Assembly (NCBI GenBank): GCA_052390235.1
Contig: JBQTHB010000005.1
Location: 47,337 to 111,336 of the forward strand
Length of the DNA stretch: 64,000 nt
Direction of reading: 5' to 3'
DNA from: Deltaproteobacteria bacterium
GTDB lineage: Bacteria; Desulfobacterota_D; UBA1144; Nemesobacterales; CSP1-2
Position 1 is the stretch's first letter, and each line of letters begins with the position of its first letter. Of this stretch, positions 57,852 through 64,000 are shown in pieces. Below the pieces are notes generated by a model. That model was not told where the DNA came from and ran no database searches. It saw nothing but the letters and a program-made list of their open reading frames with translations. The position numbers were made by a program, and so were the translations under genes.

Positions 57852-58289
57852 TTACTGCAGATTTGTCTCTTCGGGTTGATAGAAGCTCGGCGGAATGGGC
57901 GATGCGTGGTGAATTGTCATGAGCCAGTCCCCGCCGGCGCGCCGCTCGAAAATGTTTGTGGATTGAGAGATATTTACGGCTACGGGGTCTCTTTTAATAT
58001 AGGTTATCTGCTGGACACACGTAACCCACGCCACGTCCCCCCTGACCTCCGCCGAGACGTTCAGAAGTTTAATATCGAGCTGGTCTTCGGGGTCAAAAAC
58101 ATTTTCCCAACTCTGCCTGATAGCCTCCCAGCCTTGGAGCATTATCCACCCCGGATGTACGCATCCAGCCGTATGGTCTTTGACCCACACCCGCTCCATT
58201 AGGGCTAAATCCCTCGCGGCAAGGGCTTTATAAAAGCTCTGGTTAACCTCCAGCACGGCTTCGTAGTCCGAGTTCTGCGCCATCATCAT
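57852..58289 (-). CDS. SnoaL/NTF2-like protein
   Basis: N..FY.A...DL..M..VW, CVHPGW, TNIF, HHAS. Confidence 0.85.
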   Translation of the reverse strand: MMMAQNSDYEAVLEVNQSFYKALAARDLALMERVWVKDHTAGCVHPGWIMLQGWEAIRQSWENVFDPEDQLDIKLLNVSAEVRGDVAWVTCVQQITYIKRDPVAVNISQSTNIFERRAGGDWLMTIHHASPIPPSFYQPEETNLQ

Positions 58290-58350
58290 GAAATTGACCC
58301 CTCGATTTAAGTTGGCAAAAGCGGGTTTATTCTATACGCCTAGAGCGCGG

Positions 58351-58533
58351 TTAACAAGAATTGCCGCGAACAAAAGGAAAAGCCTCGATTCCAGCCGCGC
58401 CCATACCCTTTAGATGCCGTTTGTTATGAAACCGCTTGATGAAATTATGATAAAAGTATTCGGTCTTATGCCTCAAATGTCTCGCTCCAGCGATTATTCT
58501 GACTTGTTCCAACAATTTTGGCTTGTTTTCCAT
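58351..58533 (-). pseudogene. intI: Truncated integron integrase (N-terminal SAM-like domain only)
   Basis: MENKPKLLEQVR..RH...TE..Y...IKRF-HNKRH...MGA..IEAF matches the IntI N-terminus; the usual ILF is missing, and a stop follows at about 60 aa with no catalytic domain. Confidence 0.82.
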
Positions 58534-58640
58534 AAATTGCTCTTGCGAAACTCCCGAAAATAATTTACCCTCACCCTGGCTGTTAGGATTATTACCCCGG
58601 ATCATCTCAGATAATACATAAAATTCGGTGATTAGAAGGA

Positions 58641-58668
58641 ATGGTTCCGCTCAACTGAACCGTTAGCT
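58641..58668 (+). other. First recombination core site (attI or attC remnant)
   Basis: ccgctcaactgaaccGTTAGCT, 22 nt upstream of the first cassette ATG. Confidence 0.5.
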
Positions 58669-58690
58669 AAAAAGACAAACCGCTCGCACA

Positions 58691-60001
58691 ATGACCAAAT
58701 TTATCGCTAGACTGAGACCATTCCAATTGCTTGCGCTGGGGTTCCTTTCGTACGTCATCATTGGCGCACTTTTGCTCTCCTTACCGTTTTCTCGGGCGGC
58801 CCCTGTGAAGTTTGTGGATAATGTGTTCAACGTGACTTCTGCCATGTCCACCACAGGATTAGCGACTGTGAGTGTCGCTGATTCCTATACGTTTTTTGGG
58901 GAGCTTGTGTTGTTGATCCTGTTTCAACTCGGCGGGATCGGCTACATGACAGTTACTTCATTCATTATTCTTTCTCGTGGGCAGACACTTTCGGCAACCA
59001 GAATCAAAGTATTGACAGCGGAGTTTACCCTTCCGGAAGGGTTTCAGATCACGCAGTTTGTAAAACATATTATAGTTTTTACTGTATTGATTGAAGCGAT
59101 AGGGACGACGTTACTCTTCTTTGAGTTCCGCGCCGCCGGCGTTAAAGATACACTCTGGTCGGCTGTGTTTCACTCGGTCTCGGCATTTGCCACAGCGGGA
59201 TTTAGTTTGAACAATAACAGTTTAGAGGACTTTAGAGGTAATGGCATCGTGAATGTTACTGTGGCTCTTCTTTGTTATCTGGGCGCAATCGGCTTTATTG
59301 TTTTACAGGATGCCTTCCTTGCTGTGCGCCACCGTGAGTATCGTATTACTTTTACGTCCAAAGTCATTTTGGGCATTACGGTGGCCATTTTCTTTGCTCT
59401 GACACCCCTTTTTTATTTGGTAGAGCCTGCGCTCGTGGGTCTTCCGACTTTTGAACGATTACTTGCCGCTGCATTTCAAGTAATGACGGCTTCCAGCACG
59501 GCAGGATTTAACACCATTCCGATTGGACAGCTTTCAGCTGCCTCGCTTAGCTTGATCATCGGGGCAATGATCATCGGGGCTTCACCGAGTGGAACGGGAG
59601 GTGGGATTAAGACCACTTCGATTTCAGCCTTTGGCGGCATCCTTGTCTCCACCCTTAAAGGAAACAAGGTTATCACGTTTTTTGGTCACGAGGTGCCGAT
59701 GTTTCGCTTGATGACCGCGATTTCTGCCACGGCACTTTATATTATTGTCTTGCAGATCGGAGTATTTTTGCTGACCCTGACAGAGCAGCAGGACTCTCTA
59801 AAATTGATGTTTGAAGCGGCATCTGCATTAGGAACGGTGGGGTTGAGCATGGGCATTACTGGCGAGCTATCTCATCTTGGAAAATGGATCGTGATCACGC
59901 TTATGTTCATGGGACGCGTTGGTCCACTCACTATAGGATTGGCTCTGTTTCACAGCCCGAAAGATGCGGATAACCACCAAAAATCCGATCTGGCTACGTG
60001 A
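58691..60001 (+). CDS. TrkH/KtrB potassium uptake membrane subunit (cassette 1)
   Basis: Four pore motifs STTGL, ATAGF, STAGF, GTVGL; GASPSGTGGGIK; MFMGRVG. Confidence 0.9.
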   Translation: MTKFIARLRPFQLLALGFLSYVIIGALLLSLPFSRAAPVKFVDNVFNVTSAMSTTGLATVSVADSYTFFGELVLLILFQLGGIGYMTVTSFIILSRGQTLSATRIKVLTAEFTLPEGFQITQFVKHIIVFTVLIEAIGTTLLFFEFRAAGVKDTLWSAVFHSVSAFATAGFSLNNNSLEDFRGNGIVNVTVALLCYLGAIGFIVLQDAFLAVRHREYRITFTSKVILGITVAIFFALTPLFYLVEPALVGLPTFERLLAAAFQVMTASSTAGFNTIPIGQLSAASLSLIIGAMIIGASPSGTGGGIKTTSISAFGGILVSTLKGNKVITFFGHEVPMFRLMTAISATALYIIVLQIGVFLLTLTEQQDSLKLMFEAASALGTVGLSMGITGELSHLGKWIVITLMFMGRVGPLTIGLALFHSPKDADNHQKSDLAT

Positions 60002-60342
60002 AGAAAAAACAAGACAGCTTGGACGTTAGACGAACAGGCCGATCGAGCGGAGATGCTGGGGATGACGTTGATGCGCAAGGTCAGGACGCAGTCGTGGGCA
60101 AAGTCCGCACGGCCAGGGCTTTCACAGGCAGAGGCGGTATGAATACGTTGCGACGGTTCGTGTGGGCAGGATGGCTGGTGCCGGCGACATTCAGGGAAAC
60201 AAGGAACTCGAAAAGAAGGCGAAGAACCGAACTGCGGAATTGGGCGGGGATACTGTCTTAATTCAACCTGAGCAACAAGGTTGGGTGGGGAAAAGCATGG
60301 TGGCCGACGCATACAAGTGCAAACAGTAGCTCTCAGCTTGCC

Positions 60343-60402
60343 GTGTAACAAAGCGTTGCAGTTGACAGCGCTTCGCCGCGCGCCTTAGCATAGTCGTTGG
60401 GC
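60343..60402 (+). other. attC site (short/degenerate)
   Basis: GTGTAACaaagcgttgcag...tagtcGTTGGGC. Confidence 0.6.
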
Positions 60403-60477
60403 AGATTCTCGTTGCGCTTTAACAATTCGGAAATTTAACTGAACAAATGCTACAATTACTTTGCTTGAGGTCAATTT

Positions 60478-60699
60478 ATGATAACGATTACTTTTCCAGA
60501 CCACGATACTGAAAAACGCGCATTAGGATTTTTGCTAGGGCGTTTCTCCGGACGCGTCTTAAAATCTGGCGAGCATCTTATTCCCGAAGCCGCGCTTGAG
60601 GCTTTAGCAAATCAAAACATTCCTTTTACAGTTCAAGGCAAATCAACTTATGAACAACAAATTGCGGCGGTTCGAGATACTACTCCCGTTAGAATTTAA
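60478..60699 (+). CDS. Small hypothetical protein, putative antitoxin (cassette 2)
   Basis: SD GAGG; own extended -10 TGcTACAAT (60448-60456); overlaps the next gene. Confidence 0.7.
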   Translation: MITITFPDHDTEKRALGFLLGRFSGRVLKSGEHLIPEAALEALANQNIPFTVQGKSTYEQQIAAVRDTTPVRI

Positions 60700-60970
60700 C
60701 GACGGGCGCGAAGTGCCGCCTGATTGATTAGCCGAAGCTGTTTTGGAGATTGTCAAAAAGTTTGACGCGGCGAGTTATGAAACGCAAAAAGTCGAAGGAC
60801 ATTGGCGACATCAATGCGTTTTGTATCGGGACAACTTAGTGAAAATTGTCATTGACACAACGGATGAAGAGGCAAACCGCAAGTGGATGCGCGAGTATAA
60901 AGCGCGTTGGAAGGAAAAGCTGGAGCAACTTGAATTATGGCTCGTCAGTTACACTGTTGACGTAGATTAA
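60650..60970 (+). pseudogene. Hypothetical 106-codon gene interrupted by in-frame TGA (putative toxin, cassette 2)
   Basis: ATG 60650 MNNKLRRFEILLPLEFNDGREVPPD* then LAEAVLEIVKKF... continues in the same frame; TGA at 60725-60727. Confidence 0.7.
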
Positions 60971-60993
60971 AACGCTTCTCTGATGCCACATTT

Positions 60994-61105
60994 ATCCAAT
61001 AATTCAATGGACGTGAGGGCAAACGGCGGCTTTGTTATCGCGTTGTGTGGTTTCCCTAAACTTGCGGGCGGGCGGTTTCGCTCCCCGGCATCTCCGCCGT
61101 TCGAT
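60994..61105 (+). other. attC site
   Basis: ATCCAATaattcaatggacgtgagggc...ctccccggcatctccgccGTTCGAT; imperfect hairpin, homologous to 63352-63465. Confidence 0.8.
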
Positions 61106-61177
61106 GCTTCGTGGTGTATAACATCGGCTTCAAGTAAAATAGCATTTGGTTTTTATTTTCTTATTAATTATTGAAAA

Positions 61178-63340
61178 ATGTATCATTCAAAACTTCGCAC
61201 ACTTCGAGAACTGGCTGAAAATCTGTCAGAAGTTCTTGCAAATGAAAAAACAAATGAACGAGATGAGCAATACGTTAGCTTTTTAGACGAACAAGTTGAA
61301 AGGCTTAATGACGCGCTCGACAAAGCACAAATACCTGACGAATATAAAGTTGCTATTGTCGGACAGTTCAAAGTTGGAAAGTCTTCTTTTGTTAATGTTT
61401 TGCTCAATGTCAAAAATCTTGCGTCGGTCAATACCAACCCAGAAACTGCCGCCATTACGATTTTTCATTATGACGAAAAGGCTTTTGCAAAAGTGCATAT
61501 GACCGACAAAAACGAATGGGACTCGATTGCAGAACCATACAAAGAAAATCCGAATTATTCAGATGATTCCCGATACGGCCAAATCTTCAAACTCGAAAAA
61601 TCAGGCGATTTGGCGAAAGAACACAAAGTAACTTTGTCGGAATTGGAAGGAAAATACATTTCATCACCCGCATACGTTCAGCAAATTGAATGTGAAGATT
61701 GGAGTGCATCAAAATCGCAAACCACATTTGTAAAGGAAATCAAAAAGTTTATGTCAAGACGCAACCCTGTTCATTATTTGGTTGACCGTCTTGAAGTCAA
61801 TGTTCCCGCTACGCTTTTGCAAGATGGTATTGAACTGATTGACACTCCCGGACTTAATGATACCGACCGCTATCGTGTTCGTTTGACCGAAGAATTAGTC
61901 AAAGACGTAGATGTAATTTTGTATTTGACCGAATCGGGAAAGTCTTATGCACAATCCGATAAGGATTTTATCGTTACACAACTCAGACGCGGTAAAATCA
62001 AACATCTTCTTATTGTTGTAACAAAGTGCGATTTAACTTTTGAGGCGGCTAAGAAAGATGCCGAAGAAAGCGACGATGAGCCGCCGACATTTGAAGAACA
62101 TTTAGCGACCGAAGAAAAGCGAATTCGTGAGCAAATCAAAAATACTTTGAATGAATTGTTGGATGAAACCAAAGACGACGAAAAGGGTTATTTCTTTATT
62201 GAGCAGTTAGACGAAGTTGGAATTAGTTTTATTTCAGCGAATTGGTATAAAGAAGAAAATCCTAATAGTGGAATCAGTGAATTACGTGAAAGGCTAAAAG
62301 AGATGCTGACCCAAAGCCAGCGCATCACCAATGCAAAAGTTATTTTAGAGCGAGTCTTGAATGACGTTCTTGATAAGACTAGAACAAACATTCAAGCGCG
62401 TTTAGAAATTACTAAATCAACTTTTGACGCTAAACGAGTTCGCCAACAACTTGAAAATATTAAGGCGGAACTCGATGACAAATTTGATTCTTTTCAGGAC
62501 TTTGCTGAAAAAAAAGCGAACTTGCTCGCTAAAAAAAACTCTGCTGATTCGGAACTTACCGAATCGAAAATAGAAAATATTGTAAGCAGTGCAAAATCTG
62601 TTATTGAAGATTACAAAACCGGAGACATTGTAAAGCATTGGAGAACTCGCCGAGTTGGACGTTGGCTCTACCTGTATGACGTGCAGGAAAAAATTGCCAA
62701 TAAAATTTTTATCCATGTTCATAGCCTTTTAAAAAGATACGTGGAAAGGTTTCGAGAATTTACGGACGACCTAAAATCTGAAATGGGAAATCTGCAAAAA
62801 GTTATTGCTGAAATTGAGCAAAGTAATCATTTGGAAGATGAAGAACAATCACTCGACCTAATCGAAAATTTTGACAGAAGATATGCAGTTCAAGAAGATG
62901 ACTTGCTTGAGTTTATAAATTCTCAAGAACAAAAAATATCGGAACGTCTTGAATCTTTTATCTCTCACGAAGTAGAAGACAAAATAGAAGAAGCGCGAAC
63001 TAATGTTTCAGCCGTTCTCGGCACAGGAACCACTTGGAGGCAAGATGAACAGGTGATAAAGTTTTATTCTTTTTTCAAAGACGCTATTGGCACAGAGTTA
63101 AATAAGTTTCTGACGCAGCAAGTCAAAAATTTAGCAAACTCCCTTGAGAAAAAAGCAAAACAAATTTACCCGGAATTGAAACTCGACCTTGATAACATCT
63201 TGGAGATTAGGCTTAAAGCAATCGAAAGCGGTTTACTTGAGTTAAATCAAAATGAAAAAGAAACTTTGGAAAAACGCTTGAAACACTTTTCAACGAGTCT
63301 TAAAAGAATCGAGAAATCATTTCAATTAGAAATTGTGTGA
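61178..63340 (+). CDS. Dynamin-like GTPase (cassette 3)
   Basis: G1 GQFKVGKS, G2 PETA, G3 DTPG, G4 TKCD; long helical C-terminal stalk; AT-rich. Confidence 0.88.
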   Translation: MYHSKLRTLRELAENLSEVLANEKTNERDEQYVSFLDEQVERLNDALDKAQIPDEYKVAIVGQFKVGKSSFVNVLLNVKNLASVNTNPETAAITIFHYDEKAFAKVHMTDKNEWDSIAEPYKENPNYSDDSRYGQIFKLEKSGDLAKEHKVTLSELEGKYISSPAYVQQIECEDWSASKSQTTFVKEIKKFMSRRNPVHYLVDRLEVNVPATLLQDGIELIDTPGLNDTDRYRVRLTEELVKDVDVILYLTESGKSYAQSDKDFIVTQLRRGKIKHLLIVVTKCDLTFEAAKKDAEESDDEPPTFEEHLATEEKRIREQIKNTLNELLDETKDDEKGYFFIEQLDEVGISFISANWYKEENPNSGISELRERLKEMLTQSQRITNAKVILERVLNDVLDKTRTNIQARLEITKSTFDAKRVRQQLENIKAELDDKFDSFQDFAEKKANLLAKKNSADSELTESKIENIVSSAKSVIEDYKTGDIVKHWRTRRVGRWLYLYDVQEKIANKIFIHVHSLLKRYVERFREFTDDLKSEMGNLQKVIAEIEQSNHLEDEEQSLDLIENFDRRYAVQEDDLLEFINSQEQKISERLESFISHEVEDKIEEARTNVSAVLGTGTTWRQDEQVIKFYSFFKDAIGTELNKFLTQQVKNLANSLEKKAKQIYPELKLDLDNILEIRLKAIESGLLELNQNEKETLEKRLKHFSTSLKRIEKSFQLEIV

Positions 63341-63351
63341 TAATAAAGGGA

Positions 63352-63465
63352 ATCAGAACAACTCAATAGACGTGAGGGCGAAACAGCTACTTTGTTATCA
63401 CGTTGTCCGTTAAACTCGAAGCTGTGCGTAGGCGGTTTCGCTCCCCGGTATCTCCGCCGTTCGAT
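63352..63465 (+). other. attC site
   Basis: ATCaGAACaactcaatagacgtgagggcgaaac...gtttcgctccccggtatctccgccGTTCGAT; the inverse core nearly complements GTTCGAT at the cassette start. Confidence 0.82.
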
Positions 63466-63571
63466 GCTTCGTGATTGAAACGACGATATTTGCTCTTTGA
63501 CACATTTAAATTTTAGTGCGCGTCTGTGTCGAATCACGGATTTTCGTGCTAGGATTTATTTGAGGTATAAA

Positions 63572-63799
63572 ATGTTACGAGATATCAAAATTATCGTCGA
63601 AAAACATTCTGACGGTTACGTTGCTTATCCGCTTGGCTTGAAAGGCGCAGTTATTGGCGCAGGCGACACTTATGAAGAAGCACTTTCGGACGTTAAATCA
63701 GCCATCCGTTTTCATATCGAAACTTTCGGCGCGGAGGTTTTGAACACTGACGAGCAAGCGCTTGAGGCGTTCGTGGCAGAAGCGGAAATTTTGGCATAA
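63572..63799 (+). CDS. hicB: HicB-like antitoxin (short, cassette 4)
   Basis: [25 protein letters not shown]; SD GAGG; TGcTAGGAT upstream. Confidence 0.85.
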   Translation: MLRDIKIIVEKHSDGYVAYPLGLKGAVIGAGDTYEEALSDVKSAIRFHIETFGAEVLNTDEQALEAFVAEAEILA

Positions 63800-64000
63800 T
63801 GGCGAAGTTTCCCATTGACGCGCCAAAGGCAAGGGTGCTACGAGCGTTGGCATCGTTGGGTTTTGAGGTTGTTCGTGAGCGCGAACATATTTCTTTGGCA
63901 CGAAACAACTCGGACGGAACGCAAACGCCTTTGACGATACCAAACCACGCTAAACTAAAAAGTTCAACCCTGCGCGGAATTTGCACACAGGCTGGAATCG
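63799..64000 (+). CDS. hicA: HicA-like mRNA interferase toxin (3' end outside window)
   Basis: TAATG coupling; [33 protein letters not shown]...LTIPNH...[11 protein letters not shown]; not listed in the ORF track. Confidence 0.85.
   Translation, partial: MAKFPIDAPKARVLRALASLGFEVVREREHISLARNNSDGTQTPLTIPNHAKLKSSTLRGICTQAGI

Larger units (their letters stand above)
58351..64000 (+). mobile_element. Integron (defective integrase) with gene-cassette array, continuing beyond window
   Basis: intI fragment divergent from co-oriented genes separated by attC-like sites. Confidence 0.85.

Noticed and set aside
59950-60351. ORFs 59998..60261 (+) and 59950..60351 (-) after trkH
   Set aside because: No recognisable motifs and low-complexity Arg/Pro-rich composition; treated as non-coding or remnant.
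60725-60727. TGA as selenocysteine or recoded Trp (genetic code 4/25)
   Set aside because: No Cys-type redox context or obvious SECIS hairpin; TGA is used as a normal stop in many genes in the window, including neighbouring cassettes.
60994-63465. The two long repeats as a CRISPR array or IS ends
   Set aside because: They are over 110 bp, separated by whole genes, end in GTT cores and follow an intI stub, so they are attC sites; no cas or transposase genes.

Overview
Bacterial chromosomal window from a diderm, probably a deltaproteobacterial-like lineage. Gene order zapB-zapA-ygfA-rny and the Cys-type C-terminal sorting tails suggest Desulfobacterota/Dadabacteria, but this is inference only. 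Left to right it contains: (1) two tandem DUF4331 surface proteins, one with a C11 tract, plus a TPR lipoprotein; (2) an uncharacterised three-gene redox module made of a FAD oxidoreductase with 2 cNMP domains and 4 Fe-S clusters, a His-rich membrane protein, and an FHA-domain decaheme cytochrome c; (3) an 11-gene glucose/pentose-phosphate-cycle superoperon; (4) housekeeping genes def, rpmB, glyQS, rny, ygfA, zapAB, prfA and ccsA, with a candidate displaced 6S RNA; (5) a PHA locus (phasin, two miniature PhaE, class III PhaC, PhaB, PhaR, crotonase) with a recurring operator-like palindrome; (6) a Tat-exported vanadium haloperoxidase whose leader holds a heptamer repeat and a 19-aa ORF with a strong SD; (7) an ECF-sigma/RND efflux cluster, then dapF, a repeat-flanked ABC permease, an FG-GAP lipoprotein, rluB, LysE and SnoaL genes; (8) from about 58.35 kb, an integron with a truncated integrase and attC-separated cassettes (TrkH/KtrB, an unclassified TA-like pair with a nonsense codon, a stand-alone dynamin-like GTPase, and HicBA running off the end). 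No tRNA, rRNA or CRISPR array was seen. All calls come from motif recognition by eye; no searches were run.
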